This document shows positions 34,500 to 49,620 of a stretch of 59,033 bases of DNA, piece after piece. The stretch comes from Raillietiella orientalis (lineage: Eukaryota): NCBI GenBank assembly GCA_036172245.1, contig JAYWIR010000103.1, positions 124,001-183,033 on the forward strand, given 5' to 3'. The notes under the pieces are model-generated. The model worked only from the letters and a program-made list of their open reading frames with translations. It was not told the origin of the DNA and searched no databases. The first letter of the stretch is position 1. Every line of letters starts with the position of its first letter. A program made the position numbers and the translations under genes.

Positions 34500-34870
34500 T
34501 AGTTTGTCTTCGTTAGCTTTCTTGCAGCTTTCTCAAGCATCTCTCACTGCCTTGGTCGGGCTTCGCAGTATATCTGTGAGCTCCGCCGCTTTTTTGAAGG
34601 CGTTTCTCTCGCTTTGCTGCGCAACTTCCCTTCTGTTGGCACAGCGAGCGGAAGTGTTTTCCAGTCACTGCATTTAATCCGCTGATTTTGTTCTTTTCCG
34701 ATGTGCTCGTTTTTGACAACCCCAAGACGAAAAAGACTCTGGATAAAACTGCTTCGGTCCCCGAGGTGGGCAACTCTTTTGTCTATGGGTGAGGACGTAC
34801 ACTCCAGTCGCTGCCGCTGCGACAGCACACGCATGGACCGACAGCCCTGAGCTATAGGTGTATATAGCAA
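34500..34870 (-). pseudogene. Highly decayed retrotransposon ORF1 relic
   Basis: IAQGCR (compare YVAQGYRP in H), SFIQSLFRLGV, RIKC, and AFKKAAEL...KAVR (compare AFERAAEELAA...KAVRRP in A). Confidence 0.45.
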
Positions 34871-34939
34871 ATGACTACAAGCCTGTACTCAGGTATACGA
34901 TTTCACCTCACGACAGAACATCTTTGGCAGCCAATTCGG

Positions 34940-35470
34940 GAGTTTCAAAGAATCAGTTGAGCTCCCTCATACTCATAAGCAGGTCGGCCACATAAGCGAA
35001 ATGCTGTTCTGTTGTCTATGCCCACCCTATCGGCTAAACTCGAAAACTTTTTCGAGCTCATCCATCGAGGTACAGGCGTTAATAGGGGCAAGAGTGTGGT
35101 CGTCCCAGTGGGTGCGTCGTAAGAGCGGCAGAACGACTGGATCTGTCGAAGTATCCCCACAGGCCGCTACTTCAATTACTCTAGATTTTGGGGGCGAGAT
35201 TTCTGTGTAGCGGAAGTGTGATCACTGTCTTCAAAAGGCTGAAATGTCTCCCGGTCCGTTCCTCGAAAGCAAGTTCTTGCCAGCGCGGGTCACCATCTGC
35301 AACAATTTTGCTGCTGCTCTCCTACGCCACTTGTTTTTTCTTCGCCCGCCCCCATACTCGGTGAAGATCCAAGTGCAGCGTCAATTAGGGAAAGCCCTGT
35401 GGGGCGCTGCAAAGTCCCGGATCCGCCTCAAGGACTTCCTGATGCCGCGTCCGGTGGCATCCTTATTGTA
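34940..35470 (+). pseudogene. Decayed H-like RT C-terminal fragment
   Basis: ENFFELIHRGTG..NRGKSVVVPVG...DWI and KALWGAAKSRIRLKDF. Confidence 0.8.
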
Positions 35471-38400
35471 GACATTGTACACAGAACCTCAGAATACTGA
35501 AGGATTCTTAAATCGCTTTTTACTGCGGGATTCAGCGTCGCCTGGTTCCGTAATCGCAACATTACTGTGTGATCTCCATAATCGCGTGATCCATGCCGAA
35601 GAAAACACAATATGCATTTTGTTATTCCCTTCCTGAAAACAGTAACGCGATGATCCCAACAGAGATGTCGTAAGAAAGTGTATGCTGACATGCTGCAGTT
35701 CCCTTCCCTTCGCCCGCAAATTACAAAAACACCTTCAATCATTTTTTCCTTTATTTTCCCTACATTCGTTACTGCAGTAACCTTGCTAATTGATAGCGGG
35801 CAGAATATTATCGGCTTTGTTGTTTGCAGCTGTTTTCATTAAACGTGCTTAACATCACCTCATGAAAGGAACAAGACTCGCATCTCTACAAACGTTTTTT
35901 CATCACTCCGCAAGCGAAGAGAAACTAATTTGTTTCGCTTTAATGTGAGGATACTGGTTTTTGTGATAGCCAGAATGAGAAAGAACTATGGATGTCGACA
36001 CTAGAGGAAGCTTTTCCCCTTAAGACCACAGATATTAAAAGATCCACCCATCGAAGAACCGTCTTTTGCAAAGACGCTATAGAGCAAGGTAGATGCGAAA
36101 GGTAGCCAAAGCAGAAGTTTGTAACCCGAAAACCTACTCATAAAAACCTTGCTTACGACATAATTTTGACAGGTTACACGTGACGATTCGAAGTAGGAAA
36201 GTTCCAGATTGAAAAGGAAGCTTTCGAGACTGTAGGTCTTGAGTGAGGACAGGGCGTGAAGTCGGCTACAAAACTGTAGTTACTTCTCAGCTCCTATCAC
36301 GATCGAGGGACGCAAGCTCCTCCAATGTATAATAGAGCTAGCGTCCCTCGCCCAGTGACAGCACCTTACCAAAATGGTGGAGATGGGCAAGAGTACTATT
36401 CATAGCTACAGTATTTGACACAGTGCAGGTAGGTCAAAGCAAACTTGTTCCCTGGTTTCGAGGATCTTTTCAACGGTTTGACGTATATCTAATGAAGTTT
36501 ACCCAAAAATTTGAGATGGGAACTGAATTTGTCTGTAGATCTGTGGTTTGTGTGCACGCTAAAAGCCAAAGTTTTCACCAGATGTGGCTAAACTTCATGA
36601 TTAAGTACCTCAATATTATTTCATGGTTACAATAACAAGCGCCACACAAACCTTCCAAAAAACGCAAGGAAAAGCCAAACGCACAAAGCTCCAAAAGACA
36701 ACGAATACTAATGCCAAGCATCTGCAAAACTATCTTTAGAACTCAGCAAGGGAGAATGAGACTGCTTTGTTTTGATACAAGTACCGCGGAGAAACATCTC
36801 ACCAAGGTTGCATAATTGTACAATCTACACATCAAAAATAACTCCTCTTCAGTTAAGAGAGCAAAGACGTGACAAAAAAAATGGAATTCCTAATGACTCT
36901 GGAAGTATCCGAAACCACTAGAAATGAACTCGTGAAAAAGCTGGCAATCCACAGCTTGCAAAGGATTACTTTCTCGAAATAGAACGTAAACCTATAAGCC
37001 ACTGTAGCACTACTGTGCGCTCCGTGTCGTGCACAGAAAATGAACGATATTAAGTTCTATATTGCGATCTAAGAAATGGCCAAGACTAGACTATTTAGGT
37101 TCGAGGTCCGAAAACCTGATCGAATACTTTGCATTCCGTTCATGAAGATCTACGCGATCTTTCTTTGGCAACGCGTCACTCAAACCTGAACGAAAGTTGC
37201 AAAGCAGTAAATTTTCCAAAATGCATGACTGCATCAGGAATCTTTCCTAGTTATCCATAAAGAGCTTTAAATAGTTCCAACGAACACAAACGATTTCAAA
37301 GAGGCGAAGATCGCTTAAGGATCTTAAATAATTGGTCACTTGAACAATATCACTTCTCAGTGGACAAAATTCTGGGCACAGCATTTTTCGTGACGGAAAC
37401 ATTTTCAAAACAAACTTCAACACTACTACATCTCCTTTCAGACACCTTTGACTTTCAGTCTTTCTTACCCAAACTCCACATACTTCCTGTGGAACCTATC
37501 ATTTCAGTCAAGTTTTTATCCTATTTCACCGAAACTATATGAACTGTATGAAGCTCCATTTCTTAAGGATCGATTTACCTATCAGATACTGGACGCAGAA
37601 CATGTGCATGAACAAAGTCTAATATAAAACAAAGCACACACTATACATCCCTACTTGTGCTCAATATACAATAATTTGAATACCTTACTTTTTATCAATT
37701 TCCGAGTGAACAATATGACATATTGAAGCTGAAGGTTAACAGATTTCAGTAAACCAAACATAGTGCTTAACTACATTCCAGTCATTTTGGAAGGCATGAA
37801 CGAGTATTCTCTATTCATCTGTGGTTCGTGATTTCAGAAATACTGTTGACAATGTAGCGAAAATCTATGCAATGTGCGAGTAGACATTACATAATAACAG
37901 TACATTTGTTCTTTATTATCATCGTCTGTGCGTGCATGCGGTTGAGGATCTTGACTCGATATGAATACACTCCAACATGAGTCGGAGGCGATAGACGCTC
38001 TGAATTTCTAAATACAATTGTTCGATAAGACGTTTAGAATGGATAAATGTAAAATCTGAGTTCTGGGAAAACTTAATTGATACAATTAAATGTGCATGGA
38101 TCCAAAACTATTGATCTCTTTTATAAAGCAGTTACAGGTACATAGTATGCAAACTTGCTTGAATAGTTTGTGGTTCTTTCACATAAAAGAACGAAATGAT
38201 TTCGTCCTGCGGAAAGACCGGGCTCCTCAGGATGAGTTCGTGCCCACATGTAGAACAGGACCAATTGCTTCAGTGTCTCAACCTCCAGACACAATTCTTA
38301 CCGTTTTTTCCAGTTCCGTTAATCGGAAGACAAAGTCTAGGAATGTAAAACTCATGACCTGCAGAAATTGAGAAATCTGATACACGATGCAATTATATTG

Positions 38401-41400
38401 ATGAAAACATTTTTAGCAATTGCACGGAAGATATAATACCGCTGTGTTGTTGCGAATCATATAGTCCTGAGCATACCGAACTGTACGGATGACATTCATA
38501 AAAAAAAAAGCTTAAGTTTATACTATTCAATGAAATTAAATTGAAGGAAATTAAATTGTTTTAAGTCGGCTGCAAAACCGTGCCAAATTTCTATTCTTTT
38601 TGCAGCAGACTAGGAAAACAATCCATCACGTAACGTGACAACAGGTGTTTCACTACGTAAATTCAAAACAAGGTAATTAAATGTTGAGTATGTATAACAA
38701 TTTTTCTAGTTGAATCGTCCTTCGACATCTCTTTGGAAGACCAGGAAAGTGCTGTTATTTCTGCAACACTCGTAAAATTGGACAACTAAGAGCAAAATGG
38801 TAGTACAGCGGAACTAGACTGCTGCTACACAACAAATACAAATGGCTCACTCTGTGATCCACTCATAGGGTACCTCTCATCCAACAACGCAGACCACCAA
38901 CAGCTGTTTGGAACTGCTGGACAGCGTTGACGCATCATTAGACAACCAAGATGCCAATGTTTAGAAATGGCACTCATAACCTAAGTGAAGATCACAACTT
39001 ACGTAAGGGAACTTGAGAATATCAGACAACTTCCCGTGGAAAAAACATAAATGAAAGTTTACGCTAGTTCAAAGAGTTGACATTAGAACAGAGGCCCAGC
39101 CTTGGATTGGCCCTTACATGTGGGTTCTAGGAACATTCTTGTGCACATACATTTCCCATGGATTCAGCGTCAAAAGGAAACTTCAAGTGTTGATTCCATA
39201 GGTTATCGCGACCGCAGAAGATACTGACTAACAAGGAACAAGAGACAATATTGAACGCATTCCTGAATGACAACAATCACGACCGCACCATTTGTTAAGC
39301 CACGTGCAGGGCAATAACCGATTATAAGGAGTTATCTAGAGAAGGTAGGAAGGTTGAAATCGAAAATGTATGCACAAGACGTCTTGCTGATGGAGAACTG
39401 TTACGAGCACTTATTACGTTTCGACTGAGCTATACTTCCATAGGAAACTTTAGTCATTTTGAAAACGCGGTGCCAGTCTTCGTTTCAAATTACTAATTGC
39501 TTAATGCGACAAAATATATAATTTTTTCGAGACAAAAACAATTACATTTCAGGTCATTTATCTCAGTATTTTAATCCAGGAAATGGTTCTTACCATAACC
39601 TGACAATTCACTACCAGGATGGCCGCAGTAGTGGAAAAACCTTTGCAATCAGGCTTGCCAGAGGCTCCAGATTATATATTGTGGCATGGCATTAGCTGTG
39701 TCCAATACCTGTTGCGTATCCTTTATTCATTAATAAATTAATGAAATATGGAGATCACTATGAAAATGAGCGTATGAACATTTTTGCCTTATTTGCCCTT
39801 ACTAGTACACAAAATCGGAAAAAGGGAAACCGACTTCCCTTTACAAACAGAAATACCATGACTATAGAAATAACAGACGTACTATGTAGCTCTCATCCAC
39901 TGTGCATTCATGCTTACAGAGGTCATGTGCATAAACAAAACCAGCTTATGGACATCTACTAAAATTTGCAGTGGTATATCAATGAATGGAGACAAAACAG
40001 CTTTAAATTACCAAGTGGAGGAAAGTTTTCACTGAAGGTGGAAGCAAATTAACGAATACTTAAATATGCACCTGACTAAGAAAAATTCGATATACTGAGT
40101 ACTACGGCCTTTCGGGAAACAATGCAGGATAGTAACAAACGTACAAAGTGACTAAACAAGTGCGTTCAGTAGAATAAAAGAAAAAAGAGCGGAAGGTGCC
40201 ATCAGTTTCCAGTTTTAAAGTTCGGATAGTAAAGATCAAGGTCTAATCCTGTCATTATAACAAATGCCGATTAGTTAAAAAGAAAAAATGACCTCAAAAC
40301 ACACCGGGTGGAATCCAAATACCATATATTATATTCCACTGACAAAGTCTTTAAAATGCTGCGAAACGTAAACACACCTAAAACGGAAATGACCCTGAGA
40401 GTGATTACATTGGTATATGATGCACTTTGGAATTATAAAATGTGCACAACTACACTGCGCAAGCACACAGAAGCTTACTGAAATACTGAATACACTGTGA
40501 CAGTCAATGGGTGAGGACGATAGTGCAGACAAATTTATGAAATAGGTAACTGCCAACACCTGTTTATCATTCATTTTATAATCTAATAAATAAGTATAAT
40601 GTAATTATAAACATAAATTATACATCGAAAAATGACAGAGCGTTAATAACTGAATTCTAACTGTTTTGTTTACATCCCTGCAATCAAATGTGATTAATTT
40701 GTTTACTGGCATTCCACCGAGATAAGCGATTAGTTCATTTGTTGATTCACATTTCTGAAGACCACATCAAGTTGCATCTTGAATGATCTGCTTCAAATAC
40801 GGAGCAAAAGATCGTGTTCCAATAAGTTCCATGGTAAGCGACTTTACCACGGATGTCGCAAAGAACACTGCTAAAATGAAACCAACTTGCGAAAGCCGTG
40901 CTTTCCTACTGTAGACTTTTGACAATGTTAAAGATACCAATTTAAGAGATTACCGAAAAACTTTGCCTTAGTCATCACACTTTAGAACTGTGAAACAAGA
41001 AAAGTACTGCTTAGGCCATGTGAATTTAAAGTTTCGTGCTTGGCATCCTAGTTATTAGGAGAGCATCAATCATGGATACAATGCGGAGTACCACTCAGCA
41101 TAGTACTTCGATGCTTTAGACATATAAGTCTAGTAGAATACCTCGGGGTAAAGAATTACACAAATAAGAGAATGGCAACCATATAACCAAAATTAACTAC
41201 TAGCACTCATGGTGCAATAGCAACAAACTCTTATGTACTCACCAACTAGGTTACTGTACTGTTACCCCTACGCGTTTGCATTTACTTCCTAAGTAGCCAA
41301 TTAGACATTATAGAGTAGAACTGCAGTTTGAATTCCTTGAGAAAACACACACACATAAGATAACTTTCGGGCACTTTAGACATATCTATATATATCTACA

Positions 41401-41993
41401 TGGTCCTCTTCACCATCATACCAATACAACTCCTACTCAACAACACTTGATAAGGACAAAATTATTAGATGTTTAAAAGTGTTTTGCTAAAACGAGTCAT
41501 TTGATGTATAAAAGTGATGGAATTCAGTGCACCAAAACTATTGTTAGAAGAACAGTTCAAATTGGATATTCTTACGTAAGAATAATTCTTCACTACGGTA
41601 TATATTAAACTTCACCACATTTCTGGGAAACCATGCTATAGCTTAAACCAACTCTTGACCTGATCATGTCTGTGATCAAATGAACACATCATACACGAAT
41701 AATACATGAATAGCTGGGTATTCACATATTGATCATGCATTAAAATCAAAATATCTCCTTTCTACCTGATGAGTCCACAATATAGAAAGACTACAACTCA
41801 TCCCTGAACAAAAATTTATTTTCTCACTAGTAGTGAAGGGGCATTACAAATTATGAGCACATAGTTGCAAGAGAATTTTTTTCGTAGAAAGGAGATATTT
41901 TGGGGCACAAACAAATTAAAAGCACAAGAGAACTTGAAAAAATGCCAAAATTCTTACCTTTAAAAGATATTCTGCATATGTATTCTAATGCTT

Positions 41994-44545
41994 CTATTTT
42001 TTTAATGCTATTTTGTGATGCAAATAAGATATAAACCATGGTTTCCAGCTAACAGGTGTCATATGGCAAGGTACTATTACATCTGAATGATTAACCTTTA
42101 AATCACAGTACAGTTGCTGACAGAGTGAAGCTATAATGCGTGCTCGATCAAACAGAAAATCTTCATCAATATCTTCAAACATTTTGTATTTTTTCCAGAG
42201 TAACATATCCATAAGATGGACAAGAACCCTCAGAAGTGATAATTTCATCGTTCCTGTTCTGCTGTCATCACTTAGGGAAAGGAAATAGATCAAATCATCT
42301 ACATCCATTGTAGTTGCAATGTGACTTAACACTTGTCTATCTTGATTACTACTCAGTAAAACATTAATAGTGGGATCAGATTTCAGCTTTGCTAAGATGA
42401 AACTAATATTTTGAGAGAGCTGAACTTTCTTCTCTGCTTGAGTTAAACTTTCTGCTAAAGAGGAATCCTGAATAATGGAAGAATTACAAGGTTCATTTGT
42501 TTTCAGGTGATCCTGAGTGCATGTTGCATTTTGAAGACTTTGTGCTTTAGCGTTTGCCAGGTGGGAAGGACCTGTTTCAGAAGGATTAACTGAACTCTGT
42601 GAACAATTTCCCATATCATCTTTTGTTCCCTTATTTAGCAACGCATTCAGTAATTTACTTGAGGATGACTCCTGGAGCAAACAACTATTGGAAGCATCAC
42701 ATACAGAGGAATTGTTCACACTTTCACACTTTTGCTTCTTTGTACATGGAACCAAAGAAGGTTCAATGCATTGCATTAAGTCACTGACAGTGGAAGAGCA
42801 TCTTTCACTATCATAACAGTGATCATGCCACAGAGACTTCTCAGCTGATTCTACTGAAAAACTATCCATACATTTTGCTGGAGAGGCATGACCTTTCTTA
42901 ACTGAAGATAAGTTTTCGAGATTTACATCACCTTTCTCATTATTTTTAATCACCACTTTCTGAGGATACATCTGCTTTGCCATATCTAAGCCCTTTGCAT
43001 CATTACTGCCACCTTTACAAGAAACATCTTTTTTTTTTGAAATACCAAGTTTGGGTTCTGTTTCTTTAGGAATACTCTGGGAAATGGCTTCATCACCGCA
43101 TGCCTTGTCACTACTGTTTAACAAAGACATTAGCTCTGGATACAGCACACAAAGACCATCTAGCAGTGTGATTATACATTCTGGAATAGTATTTGTCAGA
43201 GTCGTGCATGAATTACTAGCATCAATAAGGCCAGAAACCACATCATTTTTTGCATTTTTCAGGTTCGTGAGTTTCTCCTTAGCATTCAGCCACACATTCA
43301 ACTGCTCATCTGCTTTGGCTTCTGCATTCTGGCAGGTAAACTGTAAGGACTCCTGACAACCACTTAGCAACTGAGCAACTTTCTGGCACTTAGAAAATTG
43401 TCTTTTTGCTTCCAAATAAACATGTTCCAATGTTTTGATCCTTTTTTGAATCTGCAATCTTTGATGCAAATTCTTCTGAATCTGCAAAGACTTCTTTTTG
43501 GTTTTCTTAATTTCTTTGCATACATTCCTCAAATTAGATTTGTATTCCTTTTGCAAGTTTTCTAAGATAGTATTATTTTCCATACATTGCTTAAATTCTG
43601 AAAGTAAATCCTTTCCAAAAATTTCTTCCTGATTAGCAGCATTGAACTGAACTGTTGAAAGACATGCATTGAGATCTCCAGTTTCAGAATTCCTTACTGA
43701 AATACAATGGAGACAATGCACATATGTTTTCTTTTTGTTAAATACCTGTCAGCTGGTTTTTAGTATTGCTACCCACAACATTCAAAGTATCCAGCTGTTT
43801 CTTTGGCTCACTGGATTCCTTTGCTGCAACAATTTTATTTTCAGCATAGGGTCTTCTGTAACCAGATGCATTCTGCTTTTTTGGTTTTTCGGATTTCTGT
43901 TCTGTAGGCCAAGCAATCAGCATAGTGTTTACCTCTCTGCATAAATCGGAGGCCAATCCACATGCAGACTTAGCCTCACTAGGTATTGCATGTGTACTTT
44001 CTGTAATTTCAGGCACAAACTTTGAAATATCGTTAGCTGAATTCTGTGCTTGCATCACAGCAGCACATGGAACAGTATCCTTAGAACCAGATCTAAGGGA
44101 GCTGGTTCTAAAGGCATTAATTTGAGTACTTTCTTTGGCTGGAAATACACACTTGGAATTTTAAATGCTGGCTTAAGCACTGACCAACTGTTAACAAAGT
44201 AGCATCCTCAGAGGAAGCACTTATAATTTCAGTGATCTTTTCCTGTCTTCGGGTATCTCCTTCAGAAACGTTAATATCATCATAGCAAAAAATAGTGGAT
44301 TCACAGTCACTATCATCACTCAACACAACTATTTCAGGAGAATCTAGAAATAATACTTCTAAAGTGAATTGTACTTGTCATCAAATTAGATATTGTCAAA
44401 ATTTACTTAATCAAAATGCAACTTAAACATTCCACAACTACTGAAAAAAACAGCTGAATGTACCAGATGTTTCCGAAGATAGGCATTCCTTGGGAGACAT
44501 TTTCACATCTGCTGAGGAGAAGTTTGATGCTGCACTCAATTCCCC
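41994..44545 (-). CDS. Host multi-exon gene of unknown function (coiled-coil and Ser-rich regions); partial model with exons ~44545-44464, 44343-44185, 44138-43746, 43696-~42040 and probably more exons on both sides
   Basis: GT-AG introns 44463-44344, 44184-44139 (GTCAGT...TTCCAG) and 43745-43697 (GTATTT...TTTCAG) join the ORFs in frame. SIM-like EIVVLSDDSD. Lys/Gln/Glu heptad-like region. Further donor/acceptor pairs near 41960-41710. Confidence 0.8.
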
Positions 44546-47500
44546 TTCAGTAATTATCATTTTGCTAAAACTTATACACATATTATTAATTACTTAAATA
44601 TAGTAAATGTTCTTAAGAGATTTCCGCACACACTATACACATGCAATCTAAAATGAAGGAAATCAAATAATCACTGCATTGATAAGTGTGCATTTCAGCT
44701 GATGTGTAGAAAGTAGAAAAGAAAGTAGTGAAAGTAGAAAGTAGCAACATATAAGATGACCAGCTATCCACTGAGAGTTTTGCAAATTATACCATAATGT
44801 ACATACCTCTCTAAGCACTATTTAAAATTGAAATTTGTCCACACAACAGCTCTTTGTACAAAAAGGAGCATTATAAGACTATGATTAAGATACTTGCTTT
44901 TTGTCTAAAAAGATTATATTACAGTAGTTGTTTAACAGCACTGTGCACTTTCATTTTATTAATACATAGTGCTGAAAATGCAAATTTACTTTTTTGACAA
45001 ATCAATTAAGGTACGAAAAAATCTCAACAATGAACCACTTCAAAAGATCTCAGTGTATGCATGCAGCTAAAGTTTAAACCTAATTACAATACACCCCATA
45101 CATGTAATTGTATTAAGAAACAGAAACTCCAAAAATCAGACAGACCACAAAGGAACTTTGGGGAAAAAAGTCATTTGAAAACCCTCTTATTTCTGGAGAA
45201 GGTGTCATGCACAGAAGAGAATTTCATGATGACAAATATTAAGCCCTAATTTTTAATCTCATAAACTGAATGGCAACACTTGAAATTCACTTTGATCACC
45301 ATTTCAGTTATCATAAAATACATTAACACTAGAAATCAATTCCCTATTAGACACCTGAAACACAACAAACTTAATAAAGCTATTGCTGACAAGCTTTGTA
45401 TCACTGTTTACTGATTACTCATATTGATTACAACCACCAAATTGACTGAAAAAATTGATTAACACTATAGACTTCTAAAGTTTGCCATTTAACAACATAA
45501 TGCCCAACCTTGTCTCAAGAAAACTTTCCCATCAGCCTTCTATTTTAAATACATGCCTCATATACGCTGCAGCATTACAAGATGCCTAACAGAATGCAAT
45601 AACATGCCAAGTAATAAATCAAACAGAAACACCTTATAATGAATAAACCTGTCAAGTCAGATTTCATAAACACACTGTACTTCACAGTTTCCATTTGATA
45701 TTACAAGCAGCTTGCAAAACCGTTGTCACAGTAAGCTTGAATTTATCTTTTTCCTATGTTTTTCTACATATCTAAATCATGTTTCAAAACCTAATAAAAA
45801 TAACACAGAAAAGCTAAACTTTTTGTCATTGCAACACCTATGCCTAGAAGCTATTAATCACTTGGAATATTTTCTGCTTTAATTCACGTCTCTGTCCTGT
45901 ATGTTTTCATTATAATACCCTTCGAATCTGGTTCAATGAATTCTTCGTCATACTTCTTTGAATCAGTGATCCATGGATAAACAACTGTCAATAAGCAACT
46001 AAATTTTATGATCCAAAACGATTGCATGGTTGCTTGTCATCTTCAATTACTCGCAATGTGAGCCAAGTTTGTCGCGTAATTAAAATACACATATTGAAAA
46101 TGAAGAATGATAAATTTTACAATGCTACTGGGATCAAAGCTGGCCCGAAGTTAATAATACTTTGATATTCCAATCATATGAAACTAAGCATTAGCAGTAG
46201 TTTCCTTTTAAATTTAAAAAATATTATGTATCATAAACAATTCAAGAATTTCACAACACAATTCGAATACGAAGTTGGTTGCAACATTAAGCTATCATGC
46301 AGTAGTTATCTTTTCACGTGATATACCCATTGAAACACTGATTTATAGAAACTATATGCCAAAAATTCAAAACAAACATAGTGCAACATTTCACCCCAAA
46401 ATAAACCGCTTAGGCTTATGGATACCTAACTTATCTTTAACAAGAACTACTATTAAGATGACGGGTTTTTTGAAAATACACGTGACCGATGTGTTTGGCA
46501 TTCGCTTAACATTAAGGTTGCATAGTGGGTACATTCACATCCATATATTAAATAATTCGCTGCATATTTACCAGATATTATATCAGCATGAAACCTGCAT
46601 AGCCTCTTTCTCTTTCCAAGCTTGGTTATTGGGTACAACACATTGAGCAAACCACGAGAGGAAGCACAATGGCGGCCGTCTCGCTGGATGGGCGGCTACT
46701 GGAATAGCGGCGCCAGAGGTGGCGTCATCTGCGCCGCGTTCCAAACCCGCGGAACTATTGTTGCGTGCTGCGGGGAAGCGGCTCGCGGACCGACCCCCGT
46801 CCTCCCAACAATGGGCCCAAATCAGAGTGCCAAACCTTTCTCCTGCCTCGATGCGAGGTCTGTTGTTGTTTTTTTCTTTCAATGAGCGATAACTTATTGC
46901 GGAGGAAAACGACTCTTGTAGGGACGAACAGCTGCAGAGAACTTCCCTCTTGCGATACCGAGCTCGGAGACGAGGAGGCCAGGCTCCAAAGTGAGGTTTC
47001 AGAAGCTTCCGAGGCCAGACTTCACGTTTCGCAATTTTCTAATTCGAGGGTCACCTTTTCTTCCCACCAGGAAATTTAGAACTTTCATGTGTGTGTTGCT
47101 GTGATTCTACCTTTTACCGTAGTTATGCCTCAGTTTATGTCGTGATGTAGGCAGTTTCCGTTTAAACGCCACATGTACATTAGTGCAGCAACAGAATTTC
47201 CACTCCAAGCCCCTCAAATTCCTTCTCTACGTGGATTTTCATAAATAACGATCTCCTTTCGCTGTCATTATTTACAATTTGGCATCCAAAATGCTCACTG
47301 TTCAAAGGGTAGGACAGTTAGAACTTTCAGAGGTGCACAAAAATATGTGCATTTTGAAGCATGTTTAAACAGATGATCAATAAGTCGGTCAATTCTTTGC
47401 AAATGCTTTCTTCGCTCTGGGCTTTTAAATTCGATAGAATATTTTGATTCCTTGTGTTTCATTTTGAAGGACGAATTAATGAAGCATGGCGAAGAATTTG

Positions 47501-47713
47501 AATTCTATAACATGCACAGTAATGAAGAATTAGCAGAAATGCCAAAAAGAAATTTAAAAATATAAACATTTCTCATGGAAGAGTGATTTCGGGACAAAAA
47601 CTCTTTACTCAAATCATGATTCCATACATTCTGAACCCTGCAAACCCTAGAACATCTCCATTGGTAGCAAAACAATCGTACGGTGTCCATTTGACTGAAC
47701 TTATCCGAGTAAT

Positions 47714-47990
47714 TCATTAACACCCGGATGTGCCGAATCATTTATTTAAAAAAATAAAAACACAATTATATTTTCTTGTGGTGAACCCAAGAAGTCACCA
47801 TATTACAACAGCTTGCTGGCTGCAGGTGCAAAGACCTGCGAGATCCATCCAGCGCGGGGGGTGGGAATAAAGTAAACAAAAAGAAAGAAAAGGTGAAACG
47901 TGAGCAGGGGAGAAATAGCTAGGAGTGGAGAGAATGGAAAAGGGATCACACTGCACGCTGGGCGGTCCTCTAGAGGGGACGGTGGGCGAT
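47714..47990 (-). mobile_element. Isolated decayed 3' UTR of the same retrotransposon group
   Basis: The minus strand reads GTGATCCCTTTTCC, a pyrimidine tract, stem-loops, then AATAAATGATTCGGCACATCCGGGTG. Confidence 0.7.
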
Positions 47991-48749
47991 GCAGTCCATG
48001 AGAAGGATGTCTCTTTCTCCCCTCACCGGTAAAAAAGGGCATTCACACTTTCAAGTGTCCAGTGAGTGAGACACGCCTTGCACGGGAGATTCAACGGAAT
48101 GATAAACACATTTAATGTATTGATCTAAGAGAGTGGTTAATATTGAAAACAAGGACTTTGTAAATGTTTTGTGTGGCACAAGTCTTTGGTAGCTGGTTTT
48201 CAAAGCTTGCCAAAGGAGACAAAGATACAAATGTTTCTAAATTATCCTAGTTACCGTTCGTAATCACTTACAAAAATGGGAAGGATTCAAAGTAAAATTA
48301 AGAACTGGAGACCATGAACATTTTCCAGGTTTATACGATGTGCAATGTCATTTTACCCCTAAAAGTTGAATTCATTGGATCCTGAACAATATTTAGCTCT
48401 GAATGTAGCATTAATATTTAATATTGATTCTTGTCCTCACGTAAGCTGGGTCTTGGGTGATACAAAGAATTCCATCTGACAAATGTTTGAATAAGTCCAA
48501 CTTATGGGGAACCTTTGACATAATATGTATTTATGAGTTACTGATACTCTGAAAAATTCTAGAAGCTTATTCCTTAACAGTCACAGTTGTTGGGTTTGGT
48601 TATGTGATTCGAAATGTGAACTTCGATGTATTCTGAAAGTGCTTAGAATAACGCCATGAATAAAAGTATCTCCACCTCTTCCAAGGTGTGGACATAAATC
48701 AGTCAAATTAAATCAAAGCACGAGTTAAAAATTGTATCAAACTTCTAAA

Positions 48750-49620
48750 ATCAGTGATGAACATTCCCCATAAGATGGACGGCCGGAAGGTATTCCCTGT
48801 GACGTTGGACAATTCCTTGATTGTGCACCTCACAGGTTCACTCTTCGGATGGGACGCACCGCCGTCCACGAAGAGCGGAAGAGGCATGGTACCGTGCACG
48901 CGATGTGGACGAAACCCGATGTTTTCTGGAGCAACAACATATTTTTCAGCGGGATGGCTGCAGCGCGTGTCACAGTACACGAAAACGGTGAGCTTCCGCA
49001 CAAACCAGACTTCAGCAACGAAAACGATGACGTCTGGTACGTGAATAAGCCCAAGTACTGCGGGCATTGCGATGCCACCGAGCACCTTTAGCAGGGGTGC
49101 CTGCATGTCAAATGCCACCACTGAGGCGAAAAAGGCCACCTTAAAAAGATGTGCCCAAAACGCGCATCTCCGATGCCCCCTGCAGCGAAAAAAGCGCAGG
49201 CAAAACGGGCGGGAGAACTAGAAAGATAAAATGCAAAGAAGACTGGGCGAAAGCAGCAGCCGGTCCTTCAAGCTCCCAAGGAACTTCAGAGAAAGAAATC
49301 TCCGACTAAACGGGAGAGCAGAAGGAGGAATGGTGTAACACAAAAAAGTTAAGAATTCTTCGAAAGAAAAAACGCTTCCGAAAGAGGAGAAAACTGCGAC
49401 AGACGAACATAAAAAATAGAAGCCGCGCCTCGAAAAACTCGCAGAATGTCCGATTGCCTTTCAAACCGTGGAGACAAACGTTACCGCTACGAGGGGAGGA
49501 ATCATCCCTCTCGCTTCCGTCAAAGCTGCGGTCCCCGAAAACGAATCATCTGTTCAAACAGGGGGTGAGCCACTGGACGCGCTCGGCGAAATCGAGGACA
49601 TCGAATTCGAGCAGGCGACG
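48750..49620 (+). pseudogene. Decayed C-like ORF1 (element M), outermost host of the right-hand nest
   Basis: MDGRKVFPVTLDNSLIVHLTG; AARVTVHENGELPHK; WYVNKPKYCGHCDATEH; IEFEQAT at the junction. Confidence 0.85.

Noticed and set aside
35500..41700. Short ORFs and scattered splice-like signals in AT-rich DNA
   Set aside because: I could not assemble a supported gene model. Some may be further exons of the minus-strand gene.
43697..44184. Apparent frameshifts making the host gene a pseudogene
   Set aside because: They are resolved by 46-nt and 49-nt GT-AG introns that restore the frame.
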